Source of the DNA: Tubulanus polymorphus
Lineage: Eukaryota; Animalia; Nemertea
NCBI RefSeq assembly: GCF_964204645.1
Contig: NC_134027.1
Span: 16,826,560 to 16,890,559 of the forward strand
Reading direction: 5' to 3'
DNA length: 64,000 nt
Both the position numbers and the translations under genes were made by a program. Below are positions 36,120 through 47,172 of the stretch, in pieces. Below the pieces are notes generated by a model that saw nothing but the letters and a program-made list of their open reading frames with translations, ran no database searches and had not been told where the DNA came from. Position 1 is the first letter of the stretch, and each line of letters starts with the position of its first letter.

Positions 36120-37007
36120 AGTAATAGGGGTAATGGGCTTTCAAGCCAAAGGTCGAACGGTCGAGCTCATTAAAAAACAAAACATTAAAAGTAATTTAAA
36201 ACTATAATATATTTTCATAACCGTGTGCATTTTATATTATAACTAAATATTTATTCTAAGATATTAATAATTTAAATTTTAAAAGCATATTGTATTAAAT
36301 CAATTGGTCGCTCCACTTCGCTACCGCTCCGCTCCGCGACCAATTGATTTATTTACAATACACAAATTCATATAATCAAATATATTCAAATAATAATAAT
36401 TATTCTATTATTCAACTGAAATGCACACGGTTATGAAAATATATTATAGTTTTAAATTACTTTTAATGTTTTGTTTTTTAATGAACTCGACCATTCAACC
36501 TTTAACCTGAAAGCCCATTACCCCTATTACTCTTAAAATAATCATATACATGAATAACATTTAAATTGACAAATTATTCAATATAAAAGTATATATTTAC
36601 AACATTATTTCAATATTCATATTTGTATGAGTTAGATTTTTAAACATTAAAAGTGTTAGTAAAGTGTGATTGAAATAATACATGATATAAATCATTGAAC
36701 TTCTAAAATCAATTTTAATAAAAAATTTAGTATTAAAATGGAAGCAAATAAGTACTACTGTCCAACATGTAATATCAATATAGATAAATCCCAAAAAGCA
36801 AGACACAATAAAACTAAAACACATTTAGAGAATAAATTAAAATTAGAATATAAAGATGATATATTAGAAACTAAATTAGATGAATTAAAGAATGAAAAAG
36901 AAACATACAAATGTGATACATGTAATCAATCATTCAGTGATAAAAGATATTATAATGAACATTTAAAATCTAAAAGTCATATTAGAAATAAGAATAATGA
37001 TATTTTA
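36120..37007 (+). repeat. Left TIR of Maverick 2A (888 bp)
   Basis: Reverse complement of 52900-53766 apart from a few SNPs and a 21-bp indel in the hairpin loop. Confidence 0.95.
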
Positions 37008-37025
37008 AGGAATGAAAAAGGATGA
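36738..37025 (+). CDS. TIR-encoded duplicate of the pPolB N-terminal two-zinc-finger segment
   Basis: First ~90 aa nearly identical to ORF 53169(-): CPTC..RHNKTKTH, CDTC..EHLKSKSH. Confidence 0.7.
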   Translation: MEANKYYCPTCNINIDKSQKARHNKTKTHLENKLKLEYKDDILETKLDELKNEKETYKCDTCNQSFSDKRYYNEHLKSKSHIRNKNNDILRNEKG

Positions 37026-37092
37026 CGTTAGTCGAAGAAATGGAAGAGGATTCTAAAATGTTAATCAATTTTGATAAAAATATATATTATAA

Positions 37093-37875
37093 ATGGAGGA
37101 ACAATCACAAGCTATAAATATAAACAATAATGGTGTAATAAATATATGCTATAAGAAATGTAATAAGTGTGAATTGAATAAATCATTAACAGAATTTCAA
37201 AAAAATAAAACTAAAAAAGATGGCAAACAAACATATTGCAAAAGCTGTACTAAACTATACAATAACAAATTTCTTGAAAATAATCCAAATTATTCAACAC
37301 AATATTATATGGATAATATTGAAAAATTCAAAGTTAGAAATAAACAATGGAGAGAAAATCACTCAGATTATATAACAGAATATATGAGAGAATGGAGGGA
37401 TAATAATAGAGAATATTATAAAGCGTATCAAAATAATTATAAGAAAGAAAGATATCAAACAGATTTTAATTACAAATCGAAAAAATGTTTAAGATCTAAA
37501 GTATCAAAATTATTCAGTAAAGAAAACCACTCAGTTACACTAGCACATTTATTGGATTGTTCAGATAAATTTTTTAAATCATGGATAATATATCAATTCG
37601 ATGATAAAATGAATATAAATAATTATGGCAATTATTTTCATATTGATCATGTGTTACCAATATCTAAATTTGACATGAATGATGAATATGATAAAAAGTT
37701 AATTTGGAATTGGAAAAACCTGAGACCTCTTGAAAAGAAGGAAAATATGATTAAAAATGACAAACTAGATTTACAGTTATATTTAGAACAGTTAACAAAA
37801 GTAAAGAAATTCATTGAATTATGGAACAATAATCCAAATAATGAACAATATGTTGAATCTTTATTGAATGGTTAA
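37093..37875 (+). CDS. HNH-type (His-Me finger) endonuclease resembling giant-virus families
   Basis: N-terminal KKCNKC...K.L.EF...K..KDG..TYCK.C; C-terminal FHIDHVLPISKFD...WNWKNLRPL...EN..K. Confidence 0.75.
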   Translation: MEEQSQAININNNGVINICYKKCNKCELNKSLTEFQKNKTKKDGKQTYCKSCTKLYNNKFLENNPNYSTQYYMDNIEKFKVRNKQWRENHSDYITEYMREWRDNNREYYKAYQNNYKKERYQTDFNYKSKKCLRSKVSKLFSKENHSVTLAHLLDCSDKFFKSWIIYQFDDKMNINNYGNYFHIDHVLPISKFDMNDEYDKKLIWNWKNLRPLEKKENMIKNDKLDLQLYLEQLTKVKKFIELWNNNPNNEQYVESLLNG

Positions 37876-38132
37876 AGATTAATATATCTCAAATAAAATA
37901 TAATAGAAATTACATACCTTCAACTAGCCATTATTTCTATTTTAATTTTTAATATTTTCTTTTACAATTCTTTTCAAAAGAGAATACTTTATATCACAAA
38001 TAAAAAATACTTAAAAAAACAATAACTAATACTAAAATTCTTTACCTTTAACTAAGCTAGTATTAATCTAAAGAGATACTGGTATCATTTTATAATACTT
38101 ATATTTTTTTTTCGCTTTTTTCTCTAATATAA

Positions 38133-38743
38133 ATGTCAAAGAAATCTAATAAGAATAGTATTGATATTGAAAAAACATTAGATAATTTGGGTATAAGTGA
38201 TAATAAAGATACAGTTGTAACTAATTGTGCTCAAGTTAATAACAATATTGATTATGAATACTACTTATATTGGTAAACACCATCTTCAATTATTAATTGC
38301 TGGCGGGAAATCTAAGGAGTTTTTAACTAAGATAATTACTTTTCAAGACTTAGATGCTATGAAACCAGATAAAGTAATAAAATATTTTAAGGTTTATGAA
38401 GAGGCAAGATTAGCCCGAATAAATGATTCTATTTCAGATGGTATTGTCAAATGTTATTCTAAGTTATGTAACCAGTTAATACCAATTAATGATGAAAATA
38501 AATTATATAGTGATTTGAAAAAATGACTATTTAGTTATGACTGAATTACAAAAATGGGTTGGATATGCTTCATTTCAATTAGGATCGGTTATGACATTAA
38601 TTTCTACTGGTGTCATTACATTTTCGAATATCAAGCCTATGGAATATAAATCAGGTAAGAACGAAACATATGACGCTGTACTACAACCAAACGTCGAAAC
38701 AGAAAATGAATCGGAACAAAAATTAACTAAAATAAATGAGTGA
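38133..38743 (+). pseudogene. Maverick 2 hypothetical protein with C-terminal hydrophobic helix, frameshifted
   Basis: TAAATG start at 38133; three consecutive overlapping frames (38133-38276, 38227-38526, 38537-38743). Confidence 0.55.
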
Positions 38744-39053
38744 TGGCGTTAAGAAAAAGCCTAGATCCGAGAAACAAATTAAATGGGCAAGAGAATTAGG
38801 TAAAAGATCTGCAGAATTAAAAAAAGCTAAGAAAAAGAAATTAACTGATATAAATGAATCACCTGATATTGATTCAAATAATAATCCATCTAATTCTTCT
38901 AATGCTGGAAGTATGTTTAAATTATATATTACAATTGGATTAGTAACAATTATATTATCCGGTGTAATATATAAATCAAAATTCAAATCTGATGATAAAG
39001 ATGATTCCAATGATAATAAACCTATTATACCAGAAAATAAGTTAAAAAGTTAA
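38736..39053 (+). CDS. Small basic protein with one predicted TM helix
   Basis: KKKPRSEKQIKWARELGK; LYITIGLVTIILSGVIY. Confidence 0.6.
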   Translation: MSDGVKKKPRSEKQIKWARELGKRSAELKKAKKKKLTDINESPDIDSNNNPSNSSNAGSMFKLYITIGLVTIILSGVIYKSKFKSDDKDDSNDNKPIIPENKLKS

Positions 39054-40085
39054 ATTAAGTCTGATAAGGAAAATGGTGATGGTGCCGTATGGCACCCACA
39101 TGGTGGTATAAAATATAGCGAAGTAAAATCATGGTTACAAAATCAACCAACATATCAAATCCACAAGAAAATGGATAAAACTTATTTAACAAGAAAAGTT
39201 ATGGTTTCATATATCGATCAACAATGGCAAGCAGATTTAATTGACATGAAGAACTTAGAGGAATACAACAAAGGATATTTCTGGATACTGAATGTTATAG
39301 ACATATTCAGTAGATACGCATGGTCAATTCCAATCAAAAATAAAACTGGAATAGAAGTTACAAATGCTTTTAAATCAATATTTAAAGAAGCTATTCCAGA
39401 TAAGATACAATTTGATGAAGGTAAGGAATTTTATAACAAACATTTCAAAAAACTATTATCTGATAACGATGTAGATTATTTTTCAACACATTCAGATAAA
39501 AAAGCATCTATTATAGAAAGATTTAATAAAACATTGAAAACTAGAATGTGGAAATATTTTACTACCAATGAAACATATAAATATATCGATGTATTAGATG
39601 ATTTAGTGAAAGGTTATAATAATTCTAAACATAGTTCTATAAATATGAAACCTATACAAGCTAGAAAAGAAGATAATTCGGAAATAGTTTGGAATAATTT
39701 ATATGGAGCGTTTGTTAGACATGATTTCGGTAAACCTAAATTTAAAATAGGACAACACGTAAGAATATCTAAATATAGAAAAACATTTTATAAAGGTTAT
39801 ACCCCAAATTTTACAGAAGAAATATTTAAGATTAAAAAGATAATATTTACTAAACCATTTGTTTATAAACTAGAAGATCTAAAAGATGATGAAATATTAG
39901 GTTATTTCTATGAACAAGAATTATCACTTGTACCAAATCCAGATGAAATAGAATACAAAATAGAAAAAGTATTGAAAACAAAAACTCTTAAAGGAAAAAA
40001 GTATTCTTTTGTGAAATATAAAGGATACGATGATAAATTTAATGAATGGATTGTATCTAGTAAAATTAAAAGAATAAATGAATAA
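39054..40085 (+). CDS. Maverick 2 retroviral-like (rve) integrase with C-terminal chromodomain
   Basis: VKSWLQNQ.TYQIH, QWQADLIDM, VIDIFSRYAW, QFDEGKEF, IERFNKTLK, YNN.KHSSI.MKP, FVKYKGY..KFNEWI; extreme N-terminus appears missing. Confidence 0.93.
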   Translation: MKSDKENGDGAVWHPHGGIKYSEVKSWLQNQPTYQIHKKMDKTYLTRKVMVSYIDQQWQADLIDMKNLEEYNKGYFWILNVIDIFSRYAWSIPIKNKTGIEVTNAFKSIFKEAIPDKIQFDEGKEFYNKHFKKLLSDNDVDYFSTHSDKKASIIERFNKTLKTRMWKYFTTNETYKYIDVLDDLVKGYNNSKHSSINMKPIQARKEDNSEIVWNNLYGAFVRHDFGKPKFKIGQHVRISKYRKTFYKGYTPNFTEEIFKIKKIIFTKPFVYKLEDLKDDEILGYFYEQELSLVPNPDEIEYKIEKVLKTKTLKGKKYSFVKYKGYDDKFNEWIVSSKIKRINE

Positions 40086-40691
40086 AGATTTATTTATATT
40101 TGAACTGCATAATATGTTAGTTACTGGAGTAACCAATTGTGGTAAAACACATTTCATATTAGACTTGTTAGAAACTATTTATAAGAATCATTTTGATAAT
40201 ATAATTTTATTCTGTCCTACTTATGAAATGAATAAAACATATAATAGAGATATAGTTAAGATAAAAAAGTTTATTATATTAAATCCTAAAACAGTAAAAG
40301 AAAATTTAGATAATTGTATTAAAATAGCAATTGATACTTATAAAGGATCGAATACATTATTCATTATAGATGATTGCGCAAATTAACATGATTCAAAAGT
40401 TAGAGAAAGTAAGTTATGTTATCTAGCTTTCTCTGGAAAACATTTCGGGATAACAACATGGGTTTTAAAAATATAAAATATAATTCAATTGTTAAAGACT
40501 TTAGGGAGAATATAAGATTTCTAGTTTTATTCTACAATAAAGATAGAAAATCTATGCAACAATCATTGGAAGAAAATCAAATTATACCTACTGAATTACA
40601 TGATGAATATATGAATAAATTAAAGAATAATAAAGGTTCAAAATTATTACTGAGATTACAATTTCCATATGAATATAAATTTATAAAATAA
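40078..40691 (+). pseudogene. Packaging ATPase of Maverick 2A, disrupted
   Basis: Walker A GVTNCGKT, Walker B FIIDDCA; stop at 40384-40386 and further lesions. Confidence 0.85.
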
Positions 40692-41065
40692 CTATTTGTA
40701 TACCTATGTATTAGATACCCTAATACCTGATACCCCATTAGATACACTAATACCTGATACCCTATTAGATACCTTAAATACTTAAAACCCCCTTTTTTAA
40801 AATAAATATTATTTATACAATTTTCAACCAATTTATTTTTATTTTTTCAACTAATATATGAATAAGTTTGAAAATAATAAAGGTTATTTATTATTACTGA
40901 GGTTTCAATATAAATTTAAAAAAGAAATATAATTTAAGGTATTTTCAAATAATATGTATTAGATATGTATTAGATATGTATTAGATACCCTATTAGATGC
41001 CTTAAATACTTAAAACCCCTTTTTTATTTACTATTATTTTATACAATTTTCAACCAATATTATTA
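40605..41065 (+). repeat. Degenerate ~250-bp tandem duplication with TTAGATAC/TGATAC subrepeats at the convergence of the two gene arms
   Basis: atatatgaataa..aataaagg at 40607 and 40854; ccttaaatacttaaaacccc..atacaattttcaaccaat twice. Confidence 0.7.
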
Positions 41066-41089
41066 TTTGAGTTAAATATAATTAATATC

Positions 41090-42007
41090 TTAATCACTTT
41101 CATCATCACTCTCCAATTCACTATCAGACCCTAACAATTTATTCAAATTCTCTACCGAATTTTCTTCTTCAAATTCTCTATTATTTTTATACTTATTTTT
41201 CACCTTTTTTACCGCATCATCAATAGTTGTTTCATTGTTATGCTTATTCATCCAATCAAATTTATCATTATTTTCTACTTTATGTTTCATAGAATCTTTA
41301 TTAGTGTTTGCTCCTAATATTTCATTTACAGTGTTTGATCCTAATATTTCATTAGCATCGGTTAGATCTAATTCCTCTTTATTAGGTGTTGCTAATAATA
41401 AATCTTCATATATTTTTTCACCATTTACTTTTTGATTTGAAACAAACTTTGTAACATATCTAAATGGGTGTTCTATAAATTCTATAACACGTTCTATAAC
41501 ATTATTTATATGTACCCTTGTATTCATATGTTTATTCCAATTTGATGTAGCGTTTGAAAATTCACTTTTACAATATCCACAATAATTTCTATTTTCACTA
41601 ACATTTAATATTATTTCATTATTTGATGTAGAAGGTATTTCATTATTTGATGTAGAAGGTATTACATTATTAGATGTAGAAGGTATTACATTATTAGATG
41701 TAGAAGGTATTACATTATTAGATGTAGTAGGTATTACATTATTAGATGTAGTAGGTATTACATTATTAGATGTAGAAGGTATTACATTATTAGATGTAGT
41801 AGGTATTACATTATTATCAATTACATTACTTAAATTATCAACAACACCACTTTTATTATTATCGATTTCTATTAGTTTAGTTTTATAAATTTTGAAAATA
41901 GGATCAAATATCAAAGCTATATTACAAGGTATTACATAATATAAACCATCATTATTTTCATGTGTATCGATGTATGGAATATGTTTATATACTTTACCTC
42001 CTTCCAT
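41090..42007 (-). CDS. Hypothetical protein with 8-aa tandem repeats and a zinc finger
   Basis: About eight 24-bp repeats encoding NNVIP(T/S)TS at ~41615-41820; CGYC...WNKHMNTRVH; acidic C-terminus. Confidence 0.75.
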   Translation of the reverse strand: MEGGKVYKHIPYIDTHENNDGLYYVIPCNIALIFDPIFKIYKTKLIEIDNNKSGVVDNLSNVIDNNVIPTTSNNVIPSTSNNVIPTTSNNVIPTTSNNVIPSTSNNVIPSTSNNVIPSTSNNEIPSTSNNEIILNVSENRNYCGYCKSEFSNATSNWNKHMNTRVHINNVIERVIEFIEHPFRYVTKFVSNQKVNGEKIYEDLLLATPNKEELDLTDANEILGSNTVNEILGANTNKDSMKHKVENNDKFDWMNKHNNETTIDDAVKKVKNKYKNNREFEEENSVENLNKLLGSDSELESDDESD

Positions 42008-42039
42008 TTATTATATAAATATTTATTAAAGTTAAAATT

Positions 42040-43287
42040 TTAATACATAACACTATTCAATTGAGAATTTACATTATTTAATTGCGCGTCAGATATAATA
42101 TGAATGTGCATTTTAAAATTTTTGATTCCTTTATTCTTTGTCATGAATAATTGTATTCCATCTTTAGTGTTTTGTAATTTTTTTCCAGAACCATGTAATG
42201 AATTATCCTCTGTTGTTCTAAAATCTAACCATAATGCATATTTATTACCGGTATAATAATCAATTTGATTAATATTACAATTTTCAGATGATTTTACTTT
42301 TTCATTCATAAAATGTTTTCTAATTTCTGGCCATTGATCTATCATTCTCATTCCTTGACAAAATATTTTATTTGCTATTCCTTCGATAGTTATTTCTACT
42401 TTTGTTATTTCAGGATTATAATAATTATCAACATTTATTGCACCATTAGTATATGTTGCAATGGTAAAAAATATTAATATACCTTTAATAGATCTTCTTG
42501 GGAAGTTAATATTCTCATTAATAATTTCATCATTTGCATTAATAGTTACAGTTTTAAATTTATCAATATAATCATATAATAATGAAAATCCTTGATTGTA
42601 TTTAGTTTGAATTATACTTGAAATATTTTCATCAGTTACTGTATCATATTCTAAACATATATTCGATAATTTATAACTCATATCTTTATTAACGCTAGAT
42701 ATTACAATTTCATTTACAGGAGCAAATGTTATTTCGAATAAAACGTCTTCTTGAATTGCGTATTTATATAAAGGTGCATTATTATTTATCAATTCAAAGT
42801 CTAATGGAATTTTATATTTGCTTCCATATATACTTTTTATCAATTTATCTACAGCATTAGTTAATATTGCGCTGTTAGCTTCTGATCTTAATTTATTTTG
42901 GTTTTCTGACTGGATTCCTTGAAATATCATATTATTTCTATTTTCTTTAGTTAACCATAAATCTTTATAATGCATAAATAAATTATAATCATCTAATGAG
43001 AAAACTGTTTCTGGACCAATCTTTATTGTTAATTTTTTAATCAAATATCTTCCAACATCATCAACAACATAATTATTATTATTACCGATTACTTTTATAT
43101 CGGCAGATAAATAAATACTATTTGGAACGTAAAAAGTATTTTGTGTCAATCGAGGAATTCTAACATATAAAGTTTCATCAGGATTAATATTAGAAGGGTT
43201 ATGAGTAATTATATGATGTGATCTTTCTGCTTTAATAGCATTAGATATTCTATGATTCTTAGAAGGATTGATATAACTCCCACTCAT
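42040..43287 (-). CDS. Putative major capsid protein (double jelly-roll) of Maverick 2A, intact
   Basis: 415 aa, beta-rich; THNPSNINP.E.LYVRIP.L....YVP.SI.L, V..GR.LI.KL.I, LSNI.LEYD, ININ.P.RS.KGIL, LWLDFR....SLHGSG. Confidence 0.78.
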   Translation of the reverse strand: MSGSYINPSKNHRISNAIKAERSHHIITHNPSNINPDETLYVRIPRLTQNTFYVPNSIYLSADIKVIGNNNNYVVDDVGRYLIKKLTIKIGPETVFSLDDYNLFMHYKDLWLTKENRNNMIFQGIQSENQNKLRSEANSAILTNAVDKLIKSIYGSKYKIPLDFELINNNAPLYKYAIQEDVLFEITFAPVNEIVISSVNKDMSYKLSNICLEYDTVTDENISSIIQTKYNQGFSLLYDYIDKFKTVTINANDEIINENINFPRRSIKGILIFFTIATYTNGAINVDNYYNPEITKVEITIEGIANKIFCQGMRMIDQWPEIRKHFMNEKVKSSENCNINQIDYYTGNKYALWLDFRTTEDNSLHGSGKKLQNTKDGIQLFMTKNKGIKNFKMHIHIISDAQLNNVNSQLNSVMY

Positions 43288-43301
43288 TTATTTAACAAAA
43301 A

Positions 43302-45291
43302 AATTAATTATTTATTTTTTATCATGTTTACTAACCCAAAAATAATAGCACTTACAACTGTGATTAAAAATAAAATAATATGTTCAGCAGCAAAGTTAAT
43401 AATGTTTCCTGCAGATTTCAATATAAAACCAACAATTGATGCAATAACTCGTGGCAATGCTGCAGCAGATTTTTTAGATAGTTCCCATAAATATTTTGCT
43501 TATTTCTTTAAACCATCCTTAATTTTATCTTGTATAGAATTTTTGTCATTCGGGGGTTTATCTGGTTTATTGGGAGTAGGAGTAGATTTCAAAGCATTTG
43601 ATATTGCTAAACCAATTGTTGTAAATAACATAGTTACAGCTGTTAGAATTGAAAGAATTGTTATTCCTTCTAATTTAAATAATAATTTTATTCTATCTTT
43701 TAATGATATTTCAGAATTTGGTTTTATCAACAAATCTTTAAAAATAACTTTTAATCTATTAATATTATAATCATATGATTTTAATAATAATTTAATTTCT
43801 TCTTTCTGTACTTCTAAATTATCTTTTAAATTACTAATTTCTTTTTCTAAACGTAATTCTTTTTGCCTATATTCTATTTCATCAATTACTTGATGATCTA
43901 AATCAGACTTTATTTTTCTATTTCTTTATTTGCATTAGTTAATTCTTTTTCCAAATACATAATTTTTTGATCTCTTATACTTTTATTATGTGCAATTTTT
44001 TCAGCTTCATTTCTTATACTAATAATTTCTCTAATTGCTTCATCAGAAAATATATTTAAATCTTCTTATTGTTGATCTGTTGCATCAATTAATCCATTCG
44101 GTAAAAGTTTTTCAATTGAAACTTTATTTGATTTAAGTTTACTAGTTTTGGAAGTTATATTCTGTTCAGATGTTGTTTCTGTTTCTGATTTCTTTTTGAT
44201 TATTTCAAATAATTCATTAATTCTTTGTTTAAATACGTCTATATCATTATCAGTTACAGCTGTTAGAATTGAAAGAATTGTTATACCTTCTAACTTAAAT
44301 AAATCTTTCAATGATATTTTAGAATCTGGTTTTATCAACAAATCTTTAAAAAAAACTTTTAATCTATTAATATTATAATCATATGATTTTAATAATGATT
44401 TAATTTCTTCTTTTTGTAATTCTATGTTATATTTTAAATCATCTTTTTCTTTTTCTAAATACGCATTTCTTTTTTTAAATTCGATTTCTTCAATAACTTT
44501 ATTATCTCTATCTAATTTTAGTTGTTCCGATTCTTTTCTTGATTTAAATAATTCATCTTCTAAAGTTCTAATTTTTAAATCTCTTATACTTTTACCATGC
44601 GCAATTTTATCAGCTTCATTTCTTATACTAATAATTTCTCTAATTGCTTCATCAGAAAATATATTATTTAAATCATCTAATTCTTGATCCGTTGCATCAA
44701 GTAATCCATTTGGTAAAAATTTATCAGTTGGAACTTTATTTGATTTAAGTTTACCAGAAGTTGTTTCTGTTTCTAAATTATTTTTTATTGTTTCAAATAA
44801 TTCATTAATTCTTCGTTTAAATACTCTTTTATTTTGATATATTTCTTCTTGTGTTACATCTTCTATTTCATTACTATTTATTATTCTCTTAATTCTAGAT
44901 AGTAATGAGTCAGACTTAAGCAAAGTTGATTTTGCTATTATTTTGTCTTGATTTTTATTAGAGATATTAATATAATAATCCGATTTTTCTTTCACACGAT
45001 AATAATATTCACCATCTAAAAACTACATAAATTCATAAATTCATAATTTTCAAAATTTTCTCTTTCTAAACCTTGATTTAAATTTTCAGGAGGTATTCTC
45101 GACCTAGTTCTTCTATCAAATTCATTTGTTGATGGGGCTTTAGAACCACTATCTGCTAAATTAGAATTATATGCTGATTCATTACCATCATCAATATTAG
45201 TTTCTGCATCATTATAATCATCATCAATATATCCTTCATTATTATTTCCCATTTCTCCCATTTCATAATCTTCTCCACCTTCTACATCCAT
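43302..45291 (-). pseudogene. Large coiled-coil protein with C-terminal hydrophobic helices and internal duplication, disrupted
   Basis: TAAATG start at 45291; fragments 45016-45291, 44066-44995, 43500-43733; duplicated RINELFE..ETETTS..LPNGL.DATDQ and LFKLEGITILSILTAVT blocks. Confidence 0.6.
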
Positions 45292-45307
45292 TTACATAAT
45301 AAAAAAA

Positions 45308-46696
45308 TTAAAATTTAAAATATAATATTCCTCCGATTACAATTCCTATACAAGTTATAGCTAATTTAGTATTTTCATGGGATTTATTATCATCATTTAG
45401 TTTAATTATTTCATGTTGAATATTATCAGTTTTCATATCTTCTGATGTATAGTAATCTTTTATTTTAGAATCATTATTTAATTTAATATTATTAGTTTTA
45501 GTTTCTGTTGATTGAATATATTTTTTATTATTTTCACCTTCCATTAATTTTGGAGCAGTAATTATCTTTTTATTTATATCATTCAATCCAAATGAATCAT
45601 TTATTGTTGCAGTTTTAATTAGATTATTATAACCAATTATATTTCCCATCTTTAATACTAAATCATTAGAAATAATTAATAGATTAGGGCCTATACAATA
45701 ATTTAATCTAATATGTGATTTATCTAAATAATTTTGATATCTTACAATGTTTTCTGGAATCGATCTATTTTTATCATTATGAATGGAATCTTCAAATAAT
45801 ACTTTGAATTGTTTCTGTGTATCAAATGATGTATTTAAATTTCCAATTATTGGGGATCTTGTTTCAACTTGCGCACCTAAAATACATATCAAATAAGTTC
45901 TAATAGATTGATTTATTCTTTGTATACCTGATTTTGTAAAACATTCATTATTTTCTAAAATGAAATAAACCCAACCATTATTGTTTTCTTGTTTTAAATT
46001 ATCATAAAATGTCGGTAATTTATGGAAATTTAATGTTTCTAAATCCTTAGTTTCTATTTTACCATAACCTAATTTATTACTATAGATATTATACAAACTA
46101 TTAGATGGTATGGGAAGTGCACAATATTCTGCAATCTTTTTAGGGCAAGGAAGTGATCTTATTGTTCCAATTTTTGTTCTAAAATCAGAATTATTTATAT
46201 CTATATTAAATTCATTACAAATTTTATAAAACTTTGATAAATTAATATTATTATCTAATTCTTTAAAATACCTAGATCCTGGTAAAGCGCACTCTAATTC
46301 ATTTAATATTATTCTGATTTGAAAGTATGTATGAAATCTAAATAAACTTTGAATTAATTTATATTTAGAATTATTCAAATGATCATTCCAACTAATTCCG
46401 CATCCTGTTGTTGCGCAATAAACAGCAAAATTTAATTGGTTCTGCCAATACTTCATATTAGATTTTAATAACCATTGTTTTTCATCTTTCAATTTTTTAA
46501 AATTAATTAAATATACATGAAATATATTTTCCATCTTTGCATTAAAATTATTAGTTTCAGTAACATAAATTTCTAAATTAGTTCATGAATCTAAAACTTC
46601 ATTTCTATATGAAATATCTTTATTAAAATCTATTGCAGGAATATTATATTTAATTGATTTATTATATTGGAAAGCTTTTGGAAAACTATCTGTCAT
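45308..46696 (-). CDS. Conserved Maverick 2 protein with C-terminal TM anchor (one in-frame stop near 46585)
   Basis: WQNQLNFAVYCATTGCGIS, RFHTYFQIR, RINQSIRTY..CILGAQ, C-terminal LAITCIGIVIGGILYF; homolog at 62829. Confidence 0.75.
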
Positions 46697-46712
46697 TTAT
46701 ATAATTAAAAAA

Positions 46713-47153
46713 TTAATAATTAATTAATTCTTTTAATAATTTATCTTGTTCTTCAACTGTTATATGACCATTTAAACTTATTATATAATCTAGTGTATTC
46801 TTGAATTTATTAATTTCTTTTATATTAGGTTTAATTTTTTCTTTATTACTTTTTATATTTAATTTTGAACTTATACCCTTATACCAGTTAAAACACTTGA
46901 ACTTAATCCTAATACACCAATTGATACAGCTAAAGGTGTTAATGGACTGAATATTGCTAGAAATTTTATTACAGAACTAATTGTAACCGAACCACTGATA
47001 ATAAGATAATATATAATTTTACTTTTTAAATATTTTTTTTTTTATCTTTAAGTCACTTTAAAATTCTAATATTTGTTTTTCTAAATATGTTTTTAATTTA
47101 GTTTTATTTATATCATGAGGAATAATATCAATATTATCAACTTTATCTTCCAT
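46713..47153 (-). pseudogene. Two-TM-helix protein, frameshifted
   Basis: TAAATG at 47153; homolog 62378-62812 reads IISGSVTISSVITFLAIFSPLTPLAISIGVLGLSS. Confidence 0.55.
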
Positions 47154-47172
47154 TTATTTAGAAAAAAAATTA

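Noticed and set aside
43252-44687. Plus-strand ORFs 43252-43770, 44148-44378, 44424-44687
   Set aside because: Antisense shadows of the minus-strand gene
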